This document shows, one piece after another, positions 50,976-63,067 of a stretch of 64,000 bases of DNA. The stretch spans positions 3,162,001 through 3,226,000 of the forward strand of contig CM039001.1 of the NCBI GenBank assembly GCA_017499595.2. The letters are read 5' to 3'. Numbering within the stretch: the first letter of the stretch is position 1; every line of letters starts with the position of its first letter. The notes under the pieces are model-generated. The model saw only the letters and a list, made by a program, of their open reading frames with translations. It was not told the origin of the DNA and searched no databases. A program made the position numbers and the translations under genes. The stretch comes from Psilocybe cubensis. Its lineage: Eukaryota.

Positions 50976-53617
50976 TCAACCCCCTCCGCATCCTCCTCCA
51001 CATCCTCCGCCTCCGCCTAAAGTTATATTACATGAGTAACAGAGAACATTTTTAATTTTAAGGATATAAGAAATCTCACCACATCCCCCTCCACCACAAT
51101 CACCCCCGCCACCACCTCCGCACCCTTCAGCACCACACCCAGCACCACACTGAAAATCAGATAGTCAAATATAAGTGGCTATATGACAAAAAATGACTCA
51201 CCCCTCCCGCAATAAACCCTGCGAGTCCTCCGGTGGCAACACATGCCTCACCACTAGGCAACTCACCTCCAAAATAGAACATCGGTACAGGTACCAAGAA
51301 GGGAATCATATCATGAGCTGCATAATTTCGAAATTTAGACTCGCCATCGACAGAATCGTCTGAGATGGCCTTCTCATCTCGCCTGTTCGCGGTAGGGATA
51401 TCGGATGACTCGTTCTTTACACTCTGAAGTTTGTGCTCCTTCTCTTTTTTCTTTTTGAGGCTTTCGTACTTCCGCAACGCAACTTTGTGCTCCCGTTTGT
51501 TTTTCGCTATGAAACGAACGGTGTTATGATCACTTGGATGCGTAGCCGCGAGGACATCCAGGCGAGTAATCGGGAAAAGGTGAGAGTGTGGAGTCGTCGT
51601 AGGTTGTGAATACATCCCGATCATGCGTGATAAACGCTTTCCTATCGTATCTCCCGGAACTGGGCATCCACAGTGCGTATATGTGACGTTAAACCGTTCT
51701 TTCCAGGCACGGCAGGTGATATCAAAAGCCGAAGACAACCGTATTCCTTCTACTTTATCGTCGCTGAGTGGTCATTAGCAAAGTGAAGGATTTTGAATAA
51801 ACAGGGAAAAGCATACTGATCAATAAATTTTGCCAGGTACTGTTTGCCATCTTTCTCATATTTCTCAGGCTGAAGTTGATGCGTATGCCAAATGAGATCA
51901 ATGTCCAACGTCGGTACAAAGAACGAGACAGGAGACGATGACATGAGATCCAGAAAACTAGTGCGTTATATTAAGTTCTGTAAATAAAAGAGGGGGAAGG
52001 CAACACACGCATGATATCTAGCAAGCCCATGCTGGAGAACGAGTTCGTCGCCTGGCTCGTCAAAAAATCCGGATTTTGTCCATCCAAGGCCGTGCATTTT
52101 ATTGACAAAGGAGCCTTGACGAAGAACCTTTGATCCTCATAAATGGCGCGAAGGGAAATAATTTTCCACGAGCAAACTCACTGCACCAACAAGCTCCACC
52201 GAGTAGATTTTCTCATCGTTATAAGCGCTCATTATCCTACTAACCCTGTAGTAGAAATTAAATTAATGTTAAGAAATCCAAAAAGAAAAAAACCAAATGC
52301 GCACAGACGAGGTTGATATGGGAGTCCCATTTGCTCTCTCATGGGGGAAAGAGAGTATTTCGAAAATGACATTATTGCAAGGTAGAGATCGTGACTCCCG
52401 TACGTATAGTTGGCCTCGGCTGGAGTTTTATTGGACGCATGCACTATTTCCCAATGTAATATTTTCTTTATTTTTTGACCTTTTTTCACGTCAGCAGACG
52501 AGGCTGTAAAGAACGTTCCCCTACAAATTTAAATGAAAATCAAGTATGGAACTGAGGTTTGGAGAACATACGGCAGGTGGTCTCCAGGAGCATCCGAAGT
52601 CTTCATCGCAAGGTCTCGTGCAAGTTTTCCAAGGGCCAGTTTCTCTTTATTTATTTCTCCAAATGAACATCCATCTTTGACACAAACGGCGCTGAACTTC
52701 TGTTGAAGATACCCTGTGCCCTCTTTGTTAATGTAGTCTGTTTGTACCCGATTGTTGTTGTAAGAAATGAGGAGTTACAGATCGACAGAAAAACATACGT
52801 ACCAACATCGAGAGCCGTGTTACACATAGGGCACAGGATTGATTTCGTTTTCATGTTAGCCATTTCGTCCAACAGGTTGAATCCTAATCCTGTCAAATAT
52901 TTCCAGTTGTCAAGTCGACTCTTAGAAGGTGCTTCTGAGAGTATCGGAGAAGGGTCGAGCAGAAGTTCACAGAACGCTGGTTCCATGCTCTTCAAATTCT
53001 TGCAGGCATCAATTCTCATGCAATCCTCCGCGTACCATCTGCATTGAACACTTGAAGTCAGAAATTGGTGCATTCGGAAAAGAACACACAAATATCGCAC
53101 CGCGGATTGAGCATATATGAATGCCAAACCTGTGAAACTTATCTAAAAAAACTGCTAACGCATAGTCAAAGTATTACTTACCATGATAACATCCAAAGGC
53201 GGCAGGACGACAGGTTTCACGTCTTTCTCTGTGTCCCTAGTAAGCGCTCTGCACCATACGTCGAACCTTCACACAAAATTGAGTGTGATATTTTCAAGAT
53301 GATTTTTGCTTCACTTACCGTTCTACAGCTAAACCGACAAACCATGCCCATTTTTGGTCTTCATTGACAGGAGAGTATAACGCGTTGCTCGTGTCTACAC
53401 TTTCGACTTTCTTCTTTAGCTCGGCAAAAGCACCCAAGATAATTAAATGTCCCTTGATCTCCCGAAGACCAACAAGTGGTTCTGTGACCGCGTTTCCGAT
53501 AGAGAAGGTCGACGGTACATTGTACTTCGGGAGTGATTTGTCCACATTGCCTACAGTAACTGTAGAGTCATCTGGAGAAGAAACCTTGTATGCTGGTGGG
53601 AGAGCCACGTCACTCAT
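50976..53617 (-). CDS. DUF1399 / glycine-rich domain protein (GRDP-like), paralog 2, multi-exon
   Basis: Same motifs and exon layout as paralog 1: WAWFVGLAVER, WYAEDCMRI, FFVPTLDIDLIWHTHQL, YTHCGCP, ATHPSDHN and a GGGC tail. Confidence 0.88.
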
Positions 53618-54190
53618 CCTGTGGTTGAAAGAGGGCTTCCGAGTGCAATACAGGAACTGATACTCGCTTCACATGTTATATACCATGCAAAATAAACCCT
53701 TTAAGTGCTGGCCAGGAATAGCGGCGACAGACAGTCCGGGGAGGTGTCCAAAGTAAGACTGAACAGTGGCAGGAATGGCAGTGCACCGTGAGCCTCTTCG
53801 GTTACAAACTGAAGTTGATGAGAGCATGAACTACCGCGATTCTAGACAATGTTGAAATCGTTTCAAAGTTACAACGAGAGAATTGTGATTCCGTAAAGAA
53901 ATGCGAGGCGTTGAATGTTGAGGAGCGGGGCATGAAAATCTAATATTTAACGACCGATTCATTAAGCGACAATCGTTAAAAATAGCGGCCTATAAATATA
54001 TAAACACCCAGTTTTCTCCGTTGAAGATGACGTCCACATGACTGGCAGTCTAATACAGCTTTACTAGGTATCAGTTGATCAAGTGTTTTTACGTCTCTTC
54101 GGTAGTATATTGACCCTACGTTGTCGGATAATCAGAATTAATCAAAAAATTTGGCGCAACATGGTGAAACTTGAAATGTTTGGTTACAAT

Positions 54191-55589
54191 CTAGTCCCAT
54201 GCTTCTTCAAACATCGACCGACCAAGTGACACCATGATATCTGTTACTACAACTAATTGGATCTGGCCTCTCTGTATAATATGAGGAAGCTCTTTATGAG
54301 TTAGATTCTCCAAAGATAATATTTCAGGCCCTTGAGTTTTGTCTTCGAAGGTCACTTCGGAGAGTGTCCGAATTGTGAAGTCGAATGTTAATGTCTTTAG
54401 ACAAGGAAACCTTTCACTGCAAGCAATAAGTTTGTCAAATTCTACCCATGCCAGCCCGGAAGGGAAGCCTGTGGCAAAACAAACGTAATTTTCAATAATG
54501 TCCCAGTCCAGACGTATGATCAGGCCTTCAATGTTGGTAGGAGTCATGAGGGTAGATTCATGAAAGTATTCTCCGAGGCCAGGAATGGGTGGTAGAGGCT
54601 GTAGCTTGTTATGTATCTGCGTATTGCATATGATCTCAAGCACTTCTAGGTTCTTGATGATACCAATATCGACATCTAACAGATCTATCCCAGATAAAAT
54701 AAACTTAACACGGAGTATGATATTAGTAGTGAAAAATCAAGTACGTACCGATGTTTCCTGAGCCATTCAAACCATTAATGCAAAGTTTAACAAGCTTTGG
54801 GAGCTGCTGTATGATTTTCCACGATTTTTTGCTCCCTTCTTTTCCATTTGTTTGCAGACAGAGTGTTTGAATATTTTCAAATAAAACAAGAAACGAGTCA
54901 AGATCTAGTAGGGCCAGATACTCAATGACTTTATCTGAAGCTTTAATCTCCAGTTTGGTCATTGGATATGCCAACACCTTATGGTGTTCTATTTTGTTGG
55001 AGGGTTTTATCACCGCATCTGGCCTCCAAACAGTTGGAAGAGAGGTAACATTTATATAGAGTTTATCGAGTTTTATCGACGGAGCCCATTGCAAAGACAA
55101 GTTGATAACGGACGGGAGCATGCGACCTATTGCGTCCAACAAAGTATGATCGGGCCTTTGCCACAATTCTGAGTCCCCGTCGTCGATTCTCTTCAAGGTT
55201 AATTCAGAGACGTTAGGAAGGAGGTCGAGAATTTGGGGAAGGAAATGGGGTTGTGGAGCACTCTCAGCTTGACGTTGATTGTGACTTGGAGAAAGTGATA
55301 TGACCAATGATTCAACGTATTGAGCAATCGGTCGGGGCCTTGCTGTGACGATTGTAAAGAAGTCTTTGACATTCTTCTCCCAGTCTTCTTGAGAAGCGTC
55401 GTCACGTTCGTCTTCGGCCAATGTTACTTCACGGTATATCTGTGACTCTGCTGGATCTACAAAAAACCAGGACAACTGAGCGATTGTCACCAACGTAGAT
55501 ATTCTCTTTGCTCTGTTTTTTTCGTGACCTATTTCCTTGATGATATGGAGCCAGACATCCGCGTTTAAGGATGGAATAGTGGATGCCAT
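54191..55589 (-). CDS. F-box-like protein, 2 exons
   Basis: IPSLNADVWLHIIKEI..TLVTIAQLSWFFVDPAESQIYREVTL..IAQYVESLVI and C-terminal WVEFDKLI..RFPCLKTL. Confidence 0.75.
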
Positions 55590-56578
55590 GTGGAATAAGA
55601 GTGTCGAGAGATTAAACTTAATGTGTTGGAATGAATAAATGAAAGATATGAAGCATGGGAATACAATATCTCCATGTTATATATGCTGGGTAGTTATCTG
55701 TGGGATCATGATGAATCATCCTTCCATGCTGCACCCACGTGTAGCCGACATATATCTTGCCAAAGAATCAGTAACTTGATAACAGAAGAGATTAAACGAT
55801 GACATCCATTCTCCACAAAGTTAACGAAGTGTAATGGTGACGCCGACTACCGCCTTTGGCATCGTTTCAAGGACCCGCACACGAACCGCACGCGAGAAAC
55901 TGGAACTTGAATTGAATTCAAATTGACTCGATAAAGATCAAGTTGTCAATCCAATTATAAACTGCATGTTCTTTGTGACATGTCCCTAGCTAGAGTCACA
56001 AGCCAGGGAAAATGCAACTGAGGGCCGGCTGACGGGCATTATTAGTAGTATACATACTGCATCAGGATGACTCTGTTGGAAACATCTACCATCACACACG
56101 GCTAGATTCAACGGTTATGTATTGGAGCATGAAGGAAGAAAAATCTGCAAGAGAGTGGATTTAGCGGATAATGTCATTGTTATCTGATGGAGAATGAGAT
56201 GGTTCGATGCCAGTTGGTGATTTAGCTCAGAAACCTCATGTCATGTCGGGCGCTTAATCCGAATCGATGATCAGGTCATTCATCACATGACTGTTTTAGT
56301 GTCCGGCCACACAAAGCCGGCGGTACCCGACAGATGATGTCGTCAATCACTGGCCCCATCCCCACATGAATCGCGAACCAGACTCAAAAGTTACGCCTAT
56401 CTGGCACCAGTCCCCACCGCAGTACTCGCGAAAACCCCATTGGAATTCTCCCCAGCCAAAGGTCATTTCGTTGAACACGATTTTTCCAACCTCATCCCAA
56501 TTCACCTAACCTATTTAATTGGGTTTTCTCAAATAGCAATTCAAGCTTGCATAACAACAAAAATTTAGGAACCTAGTA

Positions 56579-58020
56579 ATGGCCCCTGTAGGACAGTCAG
56601 CGCGTCCAGTTACACCCTCGCGCCCATATCTTCCAACCGCATTCCCGAAGAGCACATGTCTACGACGTGGTTTATGCCCTGTCACCGCTCTGCGCGCACA
56701 GGGACCTGAGGCCCTTGAGAGCCATTCCCTATACTACGAGGTCCATGGGCCGAAGGAGGTCGCCGACTCCATCCAAAAGGCCCAACCAGAGGAAATTCAG
56801 AGAAACAATCCAAACAATGACGAAGCATTCCAAGAAGAGATGAAGAAGCTCGACAAGGTGGTGTTCATCATGGGTTTGAACTCGAGCAGTTTCTCATGGG
56901 GCCCGCAAGTACGCTGGTTCGGCAAGGGCGGGAGTGGAAACAGCGAGAGAAAGGCAGCTGCTCTCGTGTTTGATAATCGTGGGGTAGGCAATTCAGGATA
57001 CCCAAGGGGACCATATACGTAAGTTTCGTACCCTTTGCTCTGTATTTTAGAAGTACTCATTGTACATACAGAACCTCAGGTATGGCAGAAGATGCCATAT
57101 GCCTTCTAGACTACCTAGGATGGACAGGGGAACGCGAGTTGAATATAGTAGGAATCAGTCTGGGTGGTATGATAGCTCAGGGTGCGTCTAGTAAAGTCAG
57201 GGTGTTTTCATCCAATTAATTTCAGAGGCTCAATACATTAGAACTCGCATATCGCATTCCACACCGAATCGCGTCCCTAGTATTGGCGGTAACCACACCA
57301 GGAGGACATATTTGGAATAACTTCCCTCCGGTGCGAATATCACTTACCTCCTTTGCTGCCCTTCGCCATTGACCTTATTCTGCGTTTTTCTAGATGAAAG
57401 GCCTGACGTCCCTCACAAAGCTGATGTTTACCCCAGAACCAATAGATAAAGTACCAACAGTACTAGACATGCTCTTCCCTGCAAAATGGCTTGCAGAGCG
57501 TGCTCAATCCGACCCACATGCAGAATGGAACGGAAACACGGAGGATAACAGGGAAGGCAAGACAAATCGCGACGTACAGCAAGAGGTGCGTCGATTATAT
57601 GTGACTGGTATATTATATAACAATTAATCATACGCGCCGCAGGGTTTCCTCCGCCGTGTAGCCATCACCCAACCTCAACTCTTTCTGGGCCACATCTCAC
57701 AAATGGCCGCTGGGCTTACGCACCATGTATCCCCAACCCGCCTGGCTCAAATTGCTAACACCGTTCCAAAAATCGCCATTGTCACCGGCGACGAAGACAA
57801 CCTCGTGCGGCCTATAGGGTCCGTGAAGATTTGGAAAGCAATGACAGAAGGGCCTGGTCAAAACACAGCGGAGGTTCGGAAGAGGGTGGAGCTGCTACAG
57901 TGGGAAGGCACTGGGCATGGTATTCATTCACAGAAAGAGGTCGAATTCAACCAGCTTGTTGAAAGGTGTATGAGAGAAGGTAAGGCGCTTGTCGAGGCTG
58001 GATTCACGCCGCGAAGTTGA
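56579..58020 (+). CDS. Alpha/beta-hydrolase fold enzyme, multi-exon
   Basis: LYYEVHG, VFIMGL, FDNRGVGNS, nucleophile elbow GISLGG, acid GDEDNLV and histidine TGHG. Confidence 0.9.
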
Positions 58021-58292
58021 GCGGCACAACAATCTGTGTTACTATGAATCTAAGTGGATCTTTTATTGAGTAATTAATTTGCATAGAGATAATTTGTTTC
58101 TCCAGAAGGAATGGAATCGGATTAAATGTGAGAGCGTATACATGCAAGACTTCCAACATCAATTAACTTTGCAACGAAGTGATGGAGAAAACAGATAACC
58201 AGAAGGCAGAAATCAAACGATGAAGAGAGAAAATCAGCAGGTCTATAAGAGCAGCAAGACCGTGGTATTAAAAGCAATGGTCCACCTGTCGT

Positions 58293-59979
58293 CTACTTGA
58301 CAGGATTCCATGGACCGGCGTCGCTCAACGAGCATCCCCCAGAGCATTCACACTCGCCACCAAACTCTTTGGGCAGATTCTCTTTGGGGATCTGCTTCAA
58401 CAGCTCATCTTTATATCCCGATCCCAGAATGTTGATCTTCTTCACTGTGACCTCATCCAGCCATGGCTTGATGACCATCCACACCGTGCTGAACGCCCAG
58501 GGTGCGTTGATGATGTAGAATTTCCCCATCGTCTCTGGGTATCGGTTCTGTCCGATAGACGACGCTTGGGAGACGTAGTCCTTGACGCGATAGAAGTTGG
58601 AGAGCGAGACGCCGCCAAGATCAAGGATCGTGCAAGAGGTTTCGACGGGGTGCCCCGCAGCCTTTGAGCATGCGGGAAGGCGCTCCGTGAGGAACTTTTC
58701 GTACTCGAAGACGAGGCGCTGGAGTTGACGTTCTTGGGTTGTGGCAGCATAGAGAGCTTTGATGTCGAGTTTACCGAGGCGTTCGACGTATACAGGGCGG
58801 CCATCCTACAGCTAGCGTTAATGCTGAATACTTAGTATGCTTCATGAAAGAGACAAACCTTGTCATTTTTGTGATAGTACTGAGGATAGTACTTATCCAC
58901 CTCTGCCTTCTCCTTAAAATCAAAGTTCCTAGGGAAATCAAACTTGTTCAAAGAAGTCGCGACAGCGTATGATAAATGCACGCACTTGATGATATCATCC
59001 ACGCCGAATTCTTTTCTCCATTGCTCAGCTGCCAGCAGCATCTCCTTCGCCTTTACAAGATCGAATTTCCGGGCACGTAGGAATCTGTAATATCACAGCA
59101 ATGGGAGGGATTTAGTACGTCACGTCATCGTCATCGGCCGTAGTAAAGTGCAAACACCAAAAAGAAACAGAAATAAATATAGATGGGACGACCCAGAAGT
59201 AAGAAAGGATGTGGAATAAAACATAGGAGCAACAATGGTGCTGATCGAGCGATAACACGGCACCGATGAAATCGATATGTGCAATGAATCCAACCAAAAG
59301 ATGTGATGGCAGCTATCGCGATATGAGATCAGAGAGTATACAACCACATGCAACGCGTAGAGCGTCCCTGCGAAGAATCCTGCTGTCCATGGAAACCTAT
59401 CAACACCGCTGGAGAAGACGATATGATTCTTGACGTTCCTGCTCCAGCATAAACAATACTCATCAGAACCCGAACCACATTGCTGGTGGGGGTTCTGACG
59501 CTAGCAGGGCACCTCAACGCTTTGCAAGAGGTAAAGGGCACACCTCATTGTCTCCAGCCTGCAAATATCCGGCCCAACACTATCGCACATTTGCGCGAAT
59601 ATGCGCGCGCAAGTCCACGTAGAATGGATCATCTCCATCATGATACAGCTGTTCGCCTCAAGCGCTTTTTCTACTTCTGGTGTCCCATCCGAACAAGAAA
59701 CAAAGGAATGAGATCGTCTCCCATAGGTCGATAAGAAGGAACAATAATGCAATGTTAAAGTCAATGGAAGCCATTAATGGAAACTAACCTCAAAAGAGTG
59801 GCATCGTCCATTCTCTCCTCTACAAAGTGACCCTCCTCTTTGAGCTCCTTCTTGAACTTCTCCAGAGTGTGCAGCTGCACCATCGTGAGGTTTCCGAGGC
59901 GGCCTGGTTCAGGCCTATAGTTTGGGTCGGTAACACCCTCTGGCATGGGCGATGCTGAGGCCGCTTGTGGTTGGGACAT
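58293..59979 (-). CDS. SEC14: Sec14 phosphatidylinositol/phosphatidylcholine transfer protein, multi-exon, with a 704-nt first intron
   Basis: [94 protein letters not shown]. Confidence 0.97.
59182..59689 (-). ncRNA. Candidate structured intronic RNA element in SEC14 intron 1 (identity unknown)
   Basis: Nested long-range helices and hairpins with sense-strand G-U pairs; see findings. Confidence 0.5.
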
Positions 59980-60866
59980 GATGATGGTGGTTCAAGGCAA
60001 GGTGCTTGTGGTTGCGAATTGCCGGTGATGGGATCTTGACAAGGTTACGCTTGTCGCTTATCGTCACAAACGTCAGGGGTCCTAACTGTCGTAAATTCGT
60101 AAAAGAAATTTGTGAAGGGCAGAGAAATAGTAGAAGAAGATGGTGGTTTGTAGGAGGGGCAAAAATATTTTGACCAGTCGTGCGATCTTATGCATTTCGG
60201 GTTAATTAATATCGAACTGCGACCCGGATCATCGTACAGCCTTTACAACATACCACGACAACTACAGCAGGCGGTGCTCGTCGTTAGCACACGGCTGGCA
60301 CACTCGCTGTCATATACTGTGTCGCAGATGTGCCGCGTATGTTCCACATACGATGTCAACCTTTACTTTGCCAGTTGATAGAAGTCTTGTGCTTGCTGCC
60401 CTTCAGATTCATGCATTGGGTCAACAAATGTTACGCCGGACTATGTCATAAGGATTCCAGAAGCAAATCTCTTCTATGATGATACAAGATGTTTCGCCAC
60501 GACTCTCAGTGACCCATTAGATTTTCGACGTGGATCAAATGAAGACGACCTAAATGAAGGAACAACAAACCGAATTATTGATTATCGACCTTTTTCTCCG
60601 GATGTCATCGGAGACCATGTCTTTATTGTCATCAAGATCCCCATGTAAACCTACACTTTCGAAATGATAAAGAATGACAGCGACCGGCAGCGTTCTACCC
60701 TTATCATGGAGTCAAGTCCTTGTACAAAAAATATTTAAATCTGTCGTCTAACGATTCTAAATTGTGATAACCAACATAGTCACGTTCAAAGTTCGCCGTG
60801 GAGGGAACGAAGATATTTAGTATATATCAGACGATACCTACAACATGGAAGAGCCGCCGCTTTGAG

Positions 60867-61704
60867 ATGACCAATCATCAGCTACGCCCTCTCAAGGTCA
60901 ATGCACAGACAGGAGAGCCTTTTCTACAGCTGCGAGACCATACCAATATCATCATAACGCCCCCAAGTCCCGAAGATGTGCCAGTTATGGTTCCCTACCA
61001 CAATGATCCGCGAGTATGCGATTGCCTGGGGGAGAGGCCTCTATTTCCTTACACTATAGGTTTGTAAAATCTTTTTTAAGAATACATGTAGCTGATTAAG
61101 GTTGGCAGAACATGCAAAGGAGTTTTTTTCCATCACCAAAGATGCATCTGACGAATTGTTGAAGCATCTAGACGATGCCAGGGAACAACCCGAACCGATC
61201 ATTCTGGAAAATTGTCCAGTGCTTGCGATACGCGAGGTTCATGAAGACGGGACGGATACCTATATTGGCGATATCGGATTCATGCGTTGTATGCTTGGAG
61301 AATTGCTGACTACGGAAGGCGTCTTTGACTGGGAAAACAAAAAACTTAGAGAAGAAGAGAATAATAAGCTCGCTACCGGTGACCCCAGAATTATTTGGAG
61401 TTTTGGGGGTGCGTTCTCTCCGCATTTATTTGACAATCTACTGACCAATAAAGTAGATTTTTTAGCTCCATCTCACCATGGTCGAGGAATAATGACAGAC
61501 GCGGTTCGGACGATGCTGCACGAGTGGGGTGTCCCGCGAATGAGAATACGCCATATGTGGGTCTCTACATTCACAGACAACGAAGCCAGCGTCAAGGTCT
61601 TCAGGAAGAATGGTTTTAAATTAATCTATAGATTTGCACAACGCTAGGTTGTGAAGGGCAAAATGCGCGGTGTAAATGCGCTGGAATGGAAATACGATGC
61701 ATAA
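60867..61704 (+). CDS. GNAT (RimJ/RimL-type) acetyltransferase with an in-frame TAG at 61645-61647
   Basis: QLRPLKVNAQTGEPFLQL..IIITPP..NDPRV..PYT / YIGDIG / LAPSHHGRGIMT..NEASVKVFRKNGF, then TAG followed in frame by VVKGKMRGVNALEWKYDA*. Confidence 0.8.
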
Positions 61705-61738
61705 ATTTCTACTTTTTATTCTACTTCTATGTTGCCAT

Positions 61739-63067
61739 TTAACACACAACGATAACTGCGTCAGGCGATACATGTTGTGCAATTAAACCCTCAACATGGT
61801 CCAGTTTTTCAGGTTCAATGCCACATTGAACATCCACGAATACAAGCCTTTTACTCCCTACGTTAGGGTCAGCGAAAAAGGCAAACAACAAGCTTAGAGG
61901 CTCGTATCCCCCGTGTTTTGAACTATATTCAGAATCAAGAACAAGAGACACAGAACGCAAACGTGGCATTTGAATTTGAGCCATCAAAGGATTAAGTGGG
62001 AAAGCAGTGCCAATTCTCAACGTTTCTAGATGTGGCAAAACGAACGACGGATGCGATCGAGGATGAAAGTCTAGTGACAATGACCGCAGCTCCAACGTGT
62101 GCAGTTTCGAAGTGGTTAGATACTTTAGCAACCATTGGGCACCGTAAGTGGTTATGTCGCTGATTACCGTGAGTTGTTCGATGCTCCGTGATGCGACTGT
62201 TGGCACCAGTGGCCGCAGTAGGCGCGCGTCGCCTGTCCATTGCAGCGATTTGAGCTTTGGATACACCTCGGACGACCTAACAGAACCGTTGTCAAGGGCT
62301 ATAGCCGATATCAAAGCCTCTACATTAGGTCTACTTGACACGTGTAGACTCATAGGGAAATTCAAAGAAATGGATTGAATTGTATCCCCATAAACGGCCT
62401 CGAACCAATGCAGAAGCCACAAAACAGCTTTGTATGGTTTTGCAGCAAACACATGAAAAAGGTCGGCGGAGTCTGTAACAACAAGTTCCAGACTAGAAAC
62501 CTTTGTATCGTCTTTCCAAGACCCAAATTCACAGTTCATTTCTTCAGGAGAGGGAGGTTCCATACCCCCGATTGTGACCCGCAGCGTTTCGGTGTCTTCC
62601 GAATAGTTAATAATGGCGGTTGATGAAACGAGGGCCCAAAGGTCAGCTGGTATGGTCTGGTATAAGATTTCCTTCAAGCAAGGAGCACTCTGTTGTTCGG
62701 AGTCGCCAATTGAAGAGGGTATTGATGGGGGAGAAAGATCTTGGCTCAGGAGAAGAAGAGACTCTTGAAAGTAACCTTTGCTACGGGCCACGGTGGAAGC
62801 CAGGAAAGTAGCGTTGTCGCCGTCTGCATTATTATCTTCAAAGGATGGAAGCGCATCAAGACACAGAGCGTCCGTCTCCGGAGAACAGTCAACTGAAAGT
62901 TCTTTTGGCAGAATTATTGGGATGGTAGGCGAAATCAAATCGGACGCATTGGTGCATGTGTACGCAAGCTTCGAGGTTGGCGTCCTGAGCACAAAGTTCC
63001 TTTTGGGAGTATATGTCAATGACTTGCGCGGAGACATGGAAGTGGCATTGCTGGCTTGTTTTGACAT
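61739..63067 (-). CDS. Hypothetical intronless protein with an LRR-like C-terminal region
   Basis: Open frame of about 440 codons from ATG 63067, with repeats of the type YPKLKSLQW, KLHTLELRSL, LPHLETLRI and MPRLRSVSL. Confidence 0.65.
   Translation of the reverse strand: MSKQASNATSMSPRKSLTYTPKRNFVLRTPTSKLAYTCTNASDLISPTIPIILPKELSVDCSPETDALCLDALPSFEDNNADGDNATFLASTVARSKGYFQESLLLLSQDLSPPSIPSSIGDSEQQSAPCLKEILYQTIPADLWALVSSTAIINYSEDTETLRVTIGGMEPPSPEEMNCEFGSWKDDTKVSSLELVVTDSADLFHVFAAKPYKAVLWLLHWFEAVYGDTIQSISLNFPMSLHVSSRPNVEALISAIALDNGSVRSSEVYPKLKSLQWTGDARLLRPLVPTVASRSIEQLTVISDITTYGAQWLLKYLTTSKLHTLELRSLSLDFHPRSHPSFVLPHLETLRIGTAFPLNPLMAQIQMPRLRSVSLVLDSEYSSKHGGYEPLSLLFAFFADPNVGSKRLVFVDVQCGIEPEKLDHVEGLIAQHVSPDAVIVVC

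Noticed and set aside
59182-59689. Assigning the SEC14 intron fold to U3, snR30/U17, RNase P/MRP, SRP or a TPP riboswitch
   Set aside because: Only partial look-alikes are present (CUGAUGA, a CUGA, an ACA after a hairpin). The diagnostic conserved boxes were not found by eye, so it is left unassigned.
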